This document shows, in pieces, positions 10,160-21,100 of a DNA stretch of 64,000 nt (positions are counted from its first letter, which is position 1; the number at the start of each line of letters is the position of its first letter). The notes beneath the pieces were generated by a model. The model was not told where the DNA came from, did no database searches, and saw nothing but the letters and a program-made list of their open reading frames with translations. Made by a program: the position numbers and the translations under genes. Origin of the DNA: Gammaproteobacteria bacterium (GTDB lineage Bacteria; Pseudomonadota; Gammaproteobacteria; Eutrophobiales; Eutrophobiaceae); NCBI GenBank assembly GCA_965204045.1, contig CBDBDW010000002.1:3026260-3090259 (forward strand), read 5' to 3'.

Positions 10160-10693
10160 TCATAAATATTCATCTAACGCAGCCAATAATCCACTGATAA
10201 TGAAGCCTCCGCCTGGTGGCTTTTCGTATCGCAATGCAAGGCTGGCTCTTGATTCGTAATTTATAAGATTATTAACTTCCAATTCTTCGAGCATATTCAG
10301 CCAATCCATTGGAACAGATGATCCATTTGATTCCAATTCTAGCTTGTCGAGAGACAGCTTAAAATTTGTCGCAGTTCCAACCCCTCTTATACCTGCATCT
10401 GCGTTGAGTTGTACTCCATCTGCTAATGTAGAATCGATTGGTGTAGCCTGTAATAGCTGATGAACATTTGACAGCCCAGATGCTTGAGTTTCACCGTCCA
10501 AAATTAACTCAGCGTCCACATATACCTGCTGGCTGTATATATAGCCAAGAGCAGTATATCCACCTTCATGCTCTACATATGCGTAATTTTTTTCAGTTCC
10601 TTTAATAACAAATAGAGTTACTCCCAGAATACAAATTGACAAACTGATTTTTAAAACTACATCTACGAATTGATAAAGATTTTCTATTTTCAT
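10160..10693 (-). CDS. hypothetical protein with N-terminal membrane anchor
   Basis: 177-aa AT-rich ORF with GAGGA RBS and one hydrophobic segment. Confidence 0.55.
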   Translation of the reverse strand: MKIENLYQFVDVVLKISLSICILGVTLFVIKGTEKNYAYVEHEGGYTALGYIYSQQVYVDAELILDGETQASGLSNVHQLLQATPIDSTLADGVQLNADAGIRGVGTATNFKLSLDKLELESNGSSVPMDWLNMLEELEVNNLINYESRASLALRYEKPPGGGFIISGLLAALDEYL

Positions 10694-10946
10694 CTGATAT
10701 CCTCATTCGCAAGTTAGTCATGACCCCATTTAAAGGCGTCGGGCCATTGCGAACATTTTTTCAGATGAAAGAAGTCCTCACCTATTCACTTAGACAGAGG
10801 AGCTACCTCTTGTCAGATTACAGTTGTTTTATTCAGTGAGTAACCCGACATAGCGGGAAAACTGAAAAAACGTTCGCAAGGAGAAAGATAAGAAAAATTG
10901 TGAGGGGAGTCAAACCTTATCTTTTCGGTTAAAGATGGTAAAGATA

Positions 10947-11246
10947 GGGTCGGACCACCTTAACTCTGTCCAACTATTTGTTTCCATTGAAATAATTTGC
11001 CATCTGCGGATGGAATTCCCTCTTAAAGCACCATTTATGCCATCAAAAACGAGGTTGAAGAACCTTATGCCTGTTTCACGACGCTACTTCCCTCGTATGC
11101 TTAGCCTGCTTACACAGGGTGTGTTACTCCTTAAAACCATATTTTGGCGTGTGAAAAGCGCAGTTTAAGCCTACTGAAAGCAAGTCTTGTTTAGTCGATT
11201 CCTCTTGTTATCAGTAACTTCTGTCGGTTTGAACTGGTCTGACCCC
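10947..11246. mobile_element. MITE-like element with GGG(G)TCRGACCA inverted ends
   Basis: GGGTCGGACCA at 10947 and TGGTCTGACCCC ending 11246; internal similarity (..TTAAA..GCC.TCAAAAACGAGG) to the 110-bp repeat at 40.6-43.0 kb. Confidence 0.55.
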
Positions 11247-11316
11247 TTAAGTCGCAGAGGATTTTAAATCCGTCCCCAGCAGGGGGAGTGACTCCCGCAC
11301 TTACCAAAGTCGGCGT

Positions 11317-11643
11317 CTATGCCTCGACGCTAAGCCTTCCTTGTTGGTGATGGTCCGACTTTTGAATGACCATCTTTACGTCACGTCCAAGTATGGTCAG
11401 CAGGCGCAGGAGGCGCTCGATGGAATACTCCCGAAAGTTTCCTTGCAGGAGTCGCGAAATATCGGGTTGGGAGAGGCCAAGCAATTTCGCCGCTTCAACC
11501 TGTTTGAGCCTGCGCTGGCGTATGATTTTGTCAATGCGGGTGACGAGTTCTGCCTTTAACAGGTGAACCTCGGCGTCAGGGTGTTCCAGATCTGTAAACA
11601 CATTACCGCTACCACGTTCGATCTTTGTTCTCTCTATATTCAT
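11317..11643 (-). CDS. HigA-like XRE HTH antitoxin
   Basis: GSGNVFTDL, LKQVEAAKLLGLSQPDISRLL; downstream of a RelE-type toxin. Confidence 0.88.
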   Translation of the reverse strand: MNIERTKIERGSGNVFTDLEHPDAEVHLLKAELVTRIDKIIRQRRLKQVEAAKLLGLSQPDISRLLQGNFREYSIERLLRLLTILGRDVKMVIQKSDHHQQGRLSVEA

Positions 11644-11647
11644 TAAA

Positions 11648-12016
11648 CTACTCTTCACTATAGGTGATTTTGTAGTGTTGATTAGTTGCCTTTAGCCTGC
11701 GCTTAATCAGGTCGATATCCTGCTTTGGTGTCGATATGCCTCTCTTGGCCTTCTTCCGGAAAGCATGTAATACATAAACAACCCTCCTGAACTGAACTGT
11801 GTATACCACCCGGTAAGTGTCGCCATCATACCGTGAGACTATTTCCAGGACATTGGAACCAATATTCCTGAGTGATTTCACATTACGGTGTTTTAGTCCC
11901 ATTTGGGCCTGATAAAGGGCAAAACCGACCTGATCTTTCACGTAAGCCGGAAACTTCTTCAAGTCGTTTTTACTCGATCCAACCCATTCTATATATTTAT
12001 ATTCTTCCATGTTCAT
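11648..12016 (-). CDS. RelE/ParE (HigB/Gp49-like) toxin
   Basis: IEWVGSSKNDLKKFP, TYRVVY, VYVLHAFRKK. Confidence 0.88.
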   Translation of the reverse strand: MNMEEYKYIEWVGSSKNDLKKFPAYVKDQVGFALYQAQMGLKHRNVKSLRNIGSNVLEIVSRYDGDTYRVVYTVQFRRVVYVLHAFRKKAKRGISTPKQDIDLIKRRLKATNQHYKITYSEE

Positions 12017-12123
12017 TCCTGACTATAGCGGATCCACCATATTATCGCAATCGAAGATGAATTTTTTATAATAACAGGATAAAGTATTTCCAAGACTTAT
12101 TTCATGATGTGAGAAATACCGGG

Positions 12124-12165
12124 ATGAAGTTTGAATGGGATGACACTAAAGCAGCGAAGAATATT
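12124..12165 (+). pseudogene. N-terminal remnant of a BrnT-family toxin
   Basis: Encodes MKFEWDDTKAAKNI, resembling BrnT N-termini (MxFEWDxxKxxxN), in frame with the downstream gene. Confidence 0.5.
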
Positions 12166-13404
12166 ATGAGACAATACATTCCCTTATGTTCATGGCTTTT
12201 TCCCGTCCTCCTGCTTCTGTTCGGCTGTGAGGCGGAACAAGCCGTTCCCGCCACCGGGGAAGCAGCATCAGATCCATCAGCGCCGGCAGACAGCTCTGTT
12301 GATGTAAGTAAGGAGCCGCTGGCAAAAGACCTGTTCGGCAAGGTTGAAACCTTGCCGGAGGTGCAGCATCCCCACTGGGTCTGGATTTACGATATGGCGG
12401 CAGACTCGATGCCGGACGGGCGCGCCTACCTGTATGACGGAGACACTGCCCGGTTGCTAGGCATGCTGAGCACCGGTTATTCCTTTAATGCGCTGAACCT
12501 GCCGGGCCATTACCGGGAAGTCTATTCGGCTGAAACCTACTATGCCAGGACCACCCGCGGCGAGCGCACCGACGTGGTCAGTATCTACGACCCGTTCAAG
12601 CTGACGCCGGTCGCGGAAATAGAGATCCCGGCAAAACGCGTATCCACCCTGCCGAGACTGGCGGATTCGGCGTTGACCGACGATGATCGTTTCATGGCAG
12701 TATTCAACCTGACACCGGCGGCCTCCTTGAGTATCGTGGACCTGGAACAGCGCCGGTTTGCCGGGGAAGTCATGACCCCCGGCTGTGCGATGGCTTACGG
12801 AGCGGGGGACCGGCGTTTTTTTGCGCTGTGCAGCGACGGGGCACTGCTGCTGATCGATCTTACGGAAGAGGGAACGCAGGCTGCGGCCCAAAGAAGCGAA
12901 CCTTTTTTCAACGCGCTCGAGGATCCGATCCTGGAGACCGGCGTGCGCAGCGGCAATACCTGGTATTTCATATCGGCGCTGGGAAAAGTTCACCCGGTTG
13001 GATTTTCTGCTGACGGACCGGTCTTTTCCGATACCTGGTGGTACCTGGACGGAAAGGACAGGGAGGACAACTGGCGTATAGGCGGCATGCAGCCTCTGAC
13101 CCTGCATGAAGCGACCCAACGTCTCTACCTGTTGATGCACCAGGGTGATTTTTATACCTATGAAGCGCCCGGACCGGAAATCTGGGTCTATGACCTGGCG
13201 ACCCGGGAGCGGGTGGATAAAATCAGTACCAGGCATTCCAGCATTTCAATAGCAGTGAGCCAGGATGACAACCCTCTGCTGTACACTATTACCGAGGATT
13301 TGAGCACCCTGGATATCTATGACGCAAGCAGCGGCGAATACCTGCGCTCGGCCGGAGAACTCGGCATCACGCCGTTTTTGATCGACCCGGCGCCGTTGCC
13401 ATAG
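12166..13404 (+). CDS. TTQ amine dehydrogenase large subunit (MauB/AauB-like), predicted lipoprotein
   Basis: AETYYARTTRGERTDVV, FNLTPAASLSIVDL, TPGC, WRIGGMQ; N-terminal LLLLFGC lipobox; start chosen at MRQY. Confidence 0.88.
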   Translation: MRQYIPLCSWLFPVLLLLFGCEAEQAVPATGEAASDPSAPADSSVDVSKEPLAKDLFGKVETLPEVQHPHWVWIYDMAADSMPDGRAYLYDGDTARLLGMLSTGYSFNALNLPGHYREVYSAETYYARTTRGERTDVVSIYDPFKLTPVAEIEIPAKRVSTLPRLADSALTDDDRFMAVFNLTPAASLSIVDLEQRRFAGEVMTPGCAMAYGAGDRRFFALCSDGALLLIDLTEEGTQAAAQRSEPFFNALEDPILETGVRSGNTWYFISALGKVHPVGFSADGPVFSDTWWYLDGKDREDNWRIGGMQPLTLHEATQRLYLLMHQGDFYTYEAPGPEIWVYDLATRERVDKISTRHSSISIAVSQDDNPLLYTITEDLSTLDIYDASSGEYLRSAGELGITPFLIDPAPLP

Positions 13405-13459
13405 AAAGGACCTGAACGTTCATGACCATTTATCCCGCCGACGATTATGAGGATGAAAA

Positions 13460-13978
13460 ATGAGTTTTTTTGATCGCTGGTTTCAAGACAGAACCCGCTC
13501 CCTGGCGCGCCGCACGTCACGCCGGAGCTTTTTGCGCAAGGCCGGAGTCCTGCTGGTCGGCGCCGGCGCAGTACCGCTGCTGCCCGTTGCGAAGGCAAAT
13601 ACGGGACCGGATGATAGTTCGATTTCCGGACCCGAAGGCGACCCCGGGAAATGCGAATACTGGCGCAACTGCGGCATGGACGGTTTCCTGTGCACCTGTT
13701 GCGGCGGCAGCCATACCAGTTGCCCACCCGGCGCCGAAATGGCGCCCATGACCTGGGTAGGCACCTGCAAGAACCCCGCGGACGGGCGCGATTACATTAT
13801 TGCCTATAACGACTGCTGCGGGAAAAGCACCTGCAATCGCTGCATGTGCAATCGCAACGAGGGAGACCTGCCGAATTATTTTCCGTCCAAGAGCAATGAT
13901 ATCAACTGGTGCATGGGCTCAAGCAACAACGTCTATCACTGTACGACCACCATCCTGCTGGGCCTGGCAGTCAAGTAA
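13460..13978 (+). CDS. TTQ amine dehydrogenase small subunit (MauA/AauA-like)
   Basis: Tat signal SRRSFL; Cys-rich; both TTQ tryptophans present (CEYWRNC, NDINWC). Confidence 0.93.
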   Translation: MSFFDRWFQDRTRSLARRTSRRSFLRKAGVLLVGAGAVPLLPVAKANTGPDDSSISGPEGDPGKCEYWRNCGMDGFLCTCCGGSHTSCPPGAEMAPMTWVGTCKNPADGRDYIIAYNDCCGKSTCNRCMCNRNEGDLPNYFPSKSNDINWCMGSSNNVYHCTTTILLGLAVK

Positions 13979-14002
13979 AAACGTGATTGTTCAGGGGACG
14001 CA

Positions 14003-14027
14003 GGGGACGGACTTTAAGTCCGTCCCC
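14003..14027. repeat. GGGGACGGA..TCCGTCCCC palindrome
   Basis: GGGGACGGACTTTAAGTCCGTCCCC. Confidence 0.8.
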
Positions 14028-14072
14028 GGATACCCCGGATAGAGCCTGTACTGCGGCGAGCGGTTTAATTGA

Positions 14073-15389
14073 ATGAATATTTCAATCAGTAACGACGAGA
14101 TAGCAGCGCTGGTTCAACCGGACCGGGTACACAAACGGGTCTACACCGATCCCGGCATATTTGACCTGGAAATGGAGCGGATCTGGGGCAATGCCTGGAT
14201 ATTCATCGGGCACGAAAGCCAGGTGAAGTCCCCGGGTGATTTTTTTACCACCACCATCGGCAAACAACCGGTTATCGTCACCCGGCACAGCGACAACCGG
14301 ATCTACGTGCTTTATAACCGCTGCGCCCACAAGGGGGCGCAGTTGACCGTAGCGCCGTGCGGCCAGGCGCAGCAGTTACGCTGCGCGTACCACGGTTACG
14401 TATTCGATACTGCCGGCGCACTGGTGCATATTCCCCGGGCGGAAGGCTACCGGGACTCGTCTTTCAGTCGTGACAACCCGATGACCGGGATCCGCAGGGT
14501 TGCCAGGGTAGAGGTTTACCGGGGTTTTATTTTTGCCAGCCAGGCGCGGCAGGGCCCCGACCTGGCAAGCTGGCTGGGGCCGGCCGTCACTTCCATCGAC
14601 AATGCCGTCGACCGCTCTCCCACCGGCGAGCTTGAGATAACCGGCGGCACATTACGTTACATGCACGACGCCAACTGGAAGATCCTGCTGGAAAACGTCT
14701 CCGACAACATGCATCCTGCCGTCACCCACCAATCCGCATGGCAACCTGCAAAACAGGCGGCCGGGGAATACCCTGAAGATCAGAAGCCTTTGCCGCTCGC
14801 CATGCTGGAGCCGTTCGGTTCCAGTTACGATTTTTTCGACACCATAGCCATGACAACCTGCGGCAACGGCCATACCTGGTCCGGCGGGAATGCGACCATC
14901 CACATCGGCTACCCGCGCGAATCGAAATACGTACGGGACCTGGTCGCGGCCCATGGGGAAGAGAAGACCGACCGGATACTTTCCCAGCAACGGCAGAACA
15001 CCATCATCTATCCAAGCATCGCCTTCAAGAGCGCGTTGCAGACGATACGGGTTTACCGCCCCATCGCCGTCGACAGGACCATCCAGGAGACCTGGACGTT
15101 CAAACTGGGCGGCGTGCAGGATGACGTGCTGCACACTTCCGTGCTCTACAACCAGTTGATCTTCTCCCCGTTTTCCATAGCCGGCCATGACGATTACGAA
15201 GCCTATCACCGCATCCAGCACGGCCTGCAGACCGAGGCTTCCGAGTGGGTGAGCCAGCACCGCCATTACGGCCGCGACCGGCGCAACGATGACGGTACGA
15301 CCCAGGCGCCCGGCACCAGCGACATCGTGTTCCGTCACGAATTTGAGGCCTGGAAAAATTATATGATATCCGCAGATGACGCAGATTAA
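14073..15389 (+). CDS. Rieske aromatic ring-hydroxylating oxygenase alpha subunit
   Basis: NRCAHKG...CAYHGY Rieske motif; ANWK..ENVSDNMHPAVTH mononuclear iron site; HDDYEA. Confidence 0.93.
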   Translation: MNISISNDEIAALVQPDRVHKRVYTDPGIFDLEMERIWGNAWIFIGHESQVKSPGDFFTTTIGKQPVIVTRHSDNRIYVLYNRCAHKGAQLTVAPCGQAQQLRCAYHGYVFDTAGALVHIPRAEGYRDSSFSRDNPMTGIRRVARVEVYRGFIFASQARQGPDLASWLGPAVTSIDNAVDRSPTGELEITGGTLRYMHDANWKILLENVSDNMHPAVTHQSAWQPAKQAAGEYPEDQKPLPLAMLEPFGSSYDFFDTIAMTTCGNGHTWSGGNATIHIGYPRESKYVRDLVAAHGEEKTDRILSQQRQNTIIYPSIAFKSALQTIRVYRPIAVDRTIQETWTFKLGGVQDDVLHTSVLYNQLIFSPFSIAGHDDYEAYHRIQHGLQTEASEWVSQHRHYGRDRRNDDGTTQAPGTSDIVFRHEFEAWKNYMISADDAD

Positions 15390-15472
15390 CGCAGATGAAA
15401 TCATGTCAGCCTGGACACGAAACCAGACAATAAATAAAAATAATCTGCGCTAATCTGCGTCATCTGCGGATA
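15367..15472. repeat. 30-bp inverted repeat built of (A)CGCAGAT units
   Basis: TATCCGCAGATGACGCAGATTAACGCAGAT ... ATCTGCGCTAATCTGCGTCATCTGCGGATA (29/30 complementary); overlaps oxygenase stop. Confidence 0.8.
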
Positions 15473-15483
15473 ATAATCATTAA

Positions 15484-16938
15484 ATGTGGAAGCCCCCTGA
15501 AAGAATAAAGCACAAACCCCAGCCCGGGCCGAGTCCGACTGCGGAGGATGCCCGATCGGCATTGCTGTTCTCACCGGTCAGGCTCGGCCCCATCACCCTG
15601 GAACAACGCACCTGGGTGCCGGCAATGGTCCCATGGCGTTCCAACGAGGACGGGTTTGTCACCGATGACGTACTGGACTGGTATGAACGATTTGCGAAAG
15701 GACAGCCGGGAGCCATAGTCATCGAAGCCACCGGTATCCGGGACATCCCCAGCGGGCCGTTGCTGCGTATCGGCGACGACCGGTTCATACCGGGGTTGAG
15801 GGAGCTTGCTGATACGGTGAGAACTGCCAGCGACGGGAAAACCCGCCTGCTGATCCAGGTGATCGACTTTCTCACCATTCGCCGCCGTCCGGACCCAGCC
15901 AGATATTTTTCCCGTTTCCTGGTTATCACCGACCATCACAGGGAAAAGCTGGGCGCCTTTGACTGGCCGGAAGAACAGGTCAGGACACACCTGGCCGGTC
16001 TCTCGGATGAAGACTTGGATGCGGTTCTGACGGAAAGAGAGCTGGAGGCCCTGCGAGTAGGATACCGGGAACGGGTTACCGACCTGCACCTGCCCCATGT
16101 AAGAGACCTGCCGCAGGCAATGCCCGACCTGTTCGCCCAGGCCGCGAGGCGCGCCCGGGAGGCGGGCATTGACGGGGTCGAACTCCATTATGCCCATGCC
16201 TATACGATGGCCTCGTTCCTGTCGGCGACAAATTCCCGTACGGACGGTTATGGCGGCAACCGGGAAAACCGCGTACGCCTGCCCCTGGAGGTTTTCCGGC
16301 ATGTACGCGACGTTGTCGGCACCGATTATTGCACAGGCTGCCGTTTCCTGTCCGATGAGTGCATCGACGGGGGAAGTACTGTCGAGGATGCCGTTTATTA
16401 TGCAGTCGAATTTGCCGGGGCCGGCATGGATTTCCTGTCTCTCTCACGCGGCGGCAAGTTTGACGATGCCAAACAACCGCAAATCGGCTGGGCGGCGTAT
16501 CCCTATACGGGGCGCAGCGGGTATGAATGCATGCCCGGCTATATATCCGATGAAACCGGCCCGTTCGGCAGAAACGTCGATCCCGTTGCCCGCATAAAGT
16601 CTGCCGTCAACGGGTCGGGTTTTACCACACCCCTGGTCGTCATCGGCGGCATCCACGGATTTCAGCAGGCTGAGGCACTGCTCCGCGAGGGCAGGGCGGA
16701 TATCATAGGCGCCGCCCGCCAGAGCCTTGCGGACCCCGACTGGTATCTCAAGCTGAGACTCGGCAAGGGAGACCAGGTAAGAGTGTGTGAATATACCAAT
16801 TACTGCGAAGGACTGGACACGAAACACAAGCAGGTGACCTGCCAGTTATGGGACAGGCTGCAACTTGATGAGCCGGGTATTAAATTATCGGTTGACGGGC
16901 GCCGCCGGCTGGTCGCCCCGGAGTGGAAAGAGTACTAG
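15484..16938 (+). CDS. NADH:flavin oxidoreductase (Old Yellow Enzyme family)
   Basis: LFSPVRLG, GIDGVELHYAHAY, NSRTDGYGG..ENRVRL, ADIIGAARQSLADP. Confidence 0.9.
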   Translation: MWKPPERIKHKPQPGPSPTAEDARSALLFSPVRLGPITLEQRTWVPAMVPWRSNEDGFVTDDVLDWYERFAKGQPGAIVIEATGIRDIPSGPLLRIGDDRFIPGLRELADTVRTASDGKTRLLIQVIDFLTIRRRPDPARYFSRFLVITDHHREKLGAFDWPEEQVRTHLAGLSDEDLDAVLTERELEALRVGYRERVTDLHLPHVRDLPQAMPDLFAQAARRAREAGIDGVELHYAHAYTMASFLSATNSRTDGYGGNRENRVRLPLEVFRHVRDVVGTDYCTGCRFLSDECIDGGSTVEDAVYYAVEFAGAGMDFLSLSRGGKFDDAKQPQIGWAAYPYTGRSGYECMPGYISDETGPFGRNVDPVARIKSAVNGSGFTTPLVVIGGIHGFQQAEALLREGRADIIGAARQSLADPDWYLKLRLGKGDQVRVCEYTNYCEGLDTKHKQVTCQLWDRLQLDEPGIKLSVDGRRRLVAPEWKEY

Positions 16939-16956
16939 GATACTTCTGCCCCAGGG

Positions 16957-17436
16957 TTACCCCATCTGGCGTTCCTTGATTTCATCCAGTGTTTTACAGT
17001 CAATGCACAGGGTTGCCGTCGGTCTTGCTTCAAGACGCTTAATTCCGATCTCCCCCCCGCAAATTTCGCAATAGCCGTAATCGCCTGAATCCAGCATCAT
17101 CAACGACTCGTTGATCTTTTTGATGAGTTTCCGTTCACGGTCCCGCGTTCTCAGCTCAAGGGCAAACTCCTCTTCCTGGGTGGCCCGATCATTGGGGTCG
17201 GGGAAATTGGATGCCTCATCCTGCATGTGGTGCACGGTTCGCTCTACTTCCTCCATCAGGGCCTGTTTCCAATCGGTCAGCATATTGCGGAAGTGCTCGA
17301 CCTGGGCAGGATTCATGTACTCTCCTGCCGCTGCCTTTCTGCTCATCGGCCTTGTATTGGGGGATTGCTCCCCCGTAGCGACGTTTTTCATTTCATTCTT
17401 TACCGTACCGCACTTTATTGCGCTTCCCTTGCGCAT
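16957..17436 (-). CDS. dksA: RNA polymerase-binding transcription factor DksA
   Basis: [22 protein letters not shown]...[15 protein letters not shown]; true start may be further downstream. Confidence 0.96.
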   Translation of the reverse strand: MRKGSAIKCGTVKNEMKNVATGEQSPNTRPMSRKAAAGEYMNPAQVEHFRNMLTDWKQALMEEVERTVHHMQDEASNFPDPNDRATQEEEFALELRTRDRERKLIKKINESLMMLDSGDYGYCEICGGEIGIKRLEARPTATLCIDCKTLDEIKERQMG

Positions 17437-17509
17437 TCACACAGTCCGTTTGCTTATTTGAAACCATATTATTACGTCGTGTCAATGTCTTTCAGGTATT
17501 TCTGCAATA

Positions 17510-17899
17510 TCAGGGCAATGTCACGACTTCGGGGCTGCGCCAGCCCTCCTTTCTATGCTCTGCCGTTACAGACGTGTAAATCCCGCCGCGCACGTTAAAA
17601 TCTGCGGTTAATTTCATATACCTGGGAGAAATGGCTTCTACCAGATCTGACAGGATTCGGTTGGTTACCGCTTCATGGAACGCGCCTTCATCCCGGAACG
17701 ACCAGATGTAAAGTTTGAGCGACTTCAGTTCTACGCATAACCCGTCCGGAACATAGCGAAGATCCAGGGTAGCAAAGTCAGGCTGGCCAGTCATTGGACA
17801 CAGACAGGTAAACTCAGGCAGTTTTATGCTGATAGTATAATCACGGCCGGGCTCCGGATTAGTAAAAGTATCCAGTTTTTTGGATGGTGTTGCCGTCAT
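17510..17899 (-). CDS. queF: preQ0 reductase QueF (short type)
   Basis: [39 protein letters not shown]. Confidence 0.95.
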   Translation of the reverse strand: MTATPSKKLDTFTNPEPGRDYTISIKLPEFTCLCPMTGQPDFATLDLRYVPDGLCVELKSLKLYIWSFRDEGAFHEAVTNRILSDLVEAISPRYMKLTADFNVRGGIYTSVTAEHRKEGWRSPEVVTLP

Positions 17900-18106
17900 G
17901 CTTCTCCTCAATCATCCGGGTCGGAGGTTCCAATATATCAATTTTGGAAACGCCATGTCTAACATGTTACTTTATATTTAATGTAAAATATTAATTATAT
18001 TAACTAGATAAAGTCTATTATTAAATAATAATATGAAGTTTTTTATTTGCATTTTTTCCGGCGCCTTACTTGTATCTTTCTATGCTAAACGGTATGGTTA
18101 TAACTC

Positions 18107-21100
18107 ATGCGCCTGCGCAAGATCAAACTCGCCGGTTTCAAATCCTTTGTTGATCCTACCACCCTGCTGGTCTCAGATAACCTTGTCGGAATCGTTGGTC
18201 CCAATGGCTGCGGAAAATCCAATATCATCGATGCAGTTACCTGGGTAATGGGAGAGAGTTCCGCCAAACACCTGCGCGGTGATGCGCTGACTGATGTCAT
18301 CTTTAACGGATCCAGTGTCAGGCAACCGGTCGGACAGGCCTCTGTGGAACTGATATTTGACAATTCAGAGGGTAAGCTGGGCGGGCCTTATGCCGGATAT
18401 TCAGAAGTCTCCATTAAACGGCAGTTGAACAGGGATACGATATCCACTTACTACCTCAACGGCACACGTTGCCGGCGCAAGGATATCCAGGGCATCTTCC
18501 TGGGAACCGGAATCGGGCCGCGCAGTTACTCGATTATTGAACAGGGCGTGATCTCCAGGCTGATAGAAGCCAGACCTGAAGAGTTACGCGTTTTTCTTGA
18601 AGAAGCAGCGGGCATATCGAAATTCAGGGAACGGCGCCGTGAGACCGAGAACCGGATCAGGCATACGCGGGATAATATCAGCAGGTTGACGGACATACTG
18701 GAAGAACTGGAAAAACAGATGGATCACCTGCAGCGCCAGGCCAGGGCTGCTGAGCGCTTCAAGTTGTTGAAGGAGGAGGAACGCCGGCTGAAAGCGGAAT
18801 TACTTGCGCTGGAATGGAAGGAGTTATCCGGTAATGCAGAGGAAAAGAACAAGACTGTCCGGTTCCAGGAGACCCGGGTAGAGGAGGGGCTGGCCAGGTT
18901 GCGCGGGGTCGAGGGAGAAATTGAAATTCAGCGTGAGAAGTATACCGCGGCTAACGATGCATTCAATAAGGCCCAGGCAGACTTTTACCAGGTCGGGAGT
19001 GATATATCACATACGGAACAGCGAATTAACCACGTCCGGGAGCGTATAGAGACGTTGAAATCGGAAATTGACAAGGCCAGGCAGGATGAACTGAAATTGC
19101 AGCAACAGTTGGCGGGAGATAAAAAGGAACTAGACAATGCCGCCGGAATATCCCTGTCGCTTGAACCGCGCCTGGAGACGGCCGAGCATACAGGCGATGA
19201 GGCATATAACGCGCTGCGCCAGGAAGAGGAATCCTGGCAAAAACTGCAGGCAGAGTGGGATGAACTGAACCGTTCCATCTCCGGGCTCGATAAGCAAATC
19301 GAGGTGAACACGACGCGCAAACAGTTGCTCCTGTCGGGACTGGCCGGTCTGGAACAGCGAATAAACAATCTCGCGAAGGAAGCCGGCGCCCTTGCGCCGG
19401 ACAGTATGCAAGCAAAAATGGCGCAATTATCCGCGGCCGGTTCGGAAAGCGAAAAGCTGCTGGATCAGCAGAAAAATGAGTTCAGCGAGACTTCGGCAAA
19501 CCTGCAGCGTTATCGAACCGGGTTGGCGCAAATCAATGCGCGCATCCTGGAATTACGGGCGGATTACCAGAAGAATGAAAGCAAAATCGCCTCTCTGGAG
19601 GCGTTACAGCAGGAAGAAACACATGATTACAGGGAGTCCCTGGAACAGTGGCTGACCTCACTGGGTCTGGCTGATGCCCGGCGCGTGATAGACAGGCTCA
19701 GTATCGAAGAAGGTTGGGAAACTGCGCTCGAAACCGTTGCCGGTCAACGTCTGCAGGACCTCAGCGTTTCCGATCTGCACGGCCCCGGGGGGGCTGCACA
19801 GGCGCTGGATGCCGGCAAGGCAGGCCTGTTGCTCGATCATGCAGACAACATCCACTACACACCGAGAGCCTGGCCCAGACTTGTCGACAAGATCTCCTCC
19901 GAGGTTCCCGTTGATGCAATCCTGAACAGGATTTACCTGGCGGAAAATATGGAACAGGCCCGGGAAATCTGCGGGGAATTGGATGAGACCGAATCAGTGA
20001 TTACCAGAGACGCTGTCTGGATGAACAACTATTGGGTCAGGATTCACCGACCTGCGGACGAAGACCCCGGGCCTCTGGCGCGGGGACAGGAACTTTCCGG
20101 TCTGAAAGACACCAGGCGCTCTCTTGAAAATGAAATCAGCACGCAGGAACAAAAAGCCGCCGAATATGATGGACTCATCGAAGAGGCGGAGCAACAGTCC
20201 GGGCAGTTGCTGGAACAGTTGAACAACAGGCAGGAAGCTGCGGCCGCGGCCAGGACGCAGTTTACGGAACTGAAGACCCGGCACGAACAGGCCCGGGACA
20301 GGGGCAGGCAGATTGAACAGGAACTCCTGAAGCTGCAGGAGCAGGTGGAAAACGACCAGTCTGAGATAACCGGACTCAAGGTTCAACTGGAACAGGACGA
20401 CGAAGCCCGGCGGGAGTTGCTGGCAAAACGCAGGAATCTGGAAGCCACCAGGGCAGAGCATGACAACCTGCTGGCCCGGGCACGCTCCCGCTGGCAGAAA
20501 ACAAACAGCGAAAGCCACTCGATCGCATTGCAACTGGAGTCGACCAGGGCACAAAAGCTATCGATAGAACAGTCCATCAAGCGCTGTGAAGCACAGCTTG
20601 CAGCGATCCGGGAACGTGTCGGAGACCTGGAGACCTCGGAAGACTCGCAGCACAATCCGCTGCAGGAACTATGTGAAACCCTGGATATCAAGCTGGCTGA
20701 GAAGGTCACTTCGGAAGCCGCGCTGACGGCGGCCAGGGAAAGTGTTCTGCAACAGGAAAAACTGTTCAGAAACAAGGAACAGGAACGCGCTGAGTGCGAG
20801 CTTGAGTTGCAGGAACTACGCACCGATCTGGAACAGGCCAGAATACGGCACCAGGAAATAATTGTCAGGGTGCAGACACTGGAGGAACGGCTGGATGCCG
20901 CGGGGCAGACTCCCGAGACTTTGCTGAACGGACTGGAAGAGCCTGCCGGAAGGCAACTATGGCAGGAAAAGATCGATGCCGTGGAAAACAGGATACAACG
21001 TCTGGGAGCCATAAACCTGGCGGCAATAGATGAGTTTGAGCAGATAAGTGAACGCAAAACCTACCTGGACAGCCAGTACGGTGATTTATCCGCTGCTCTT

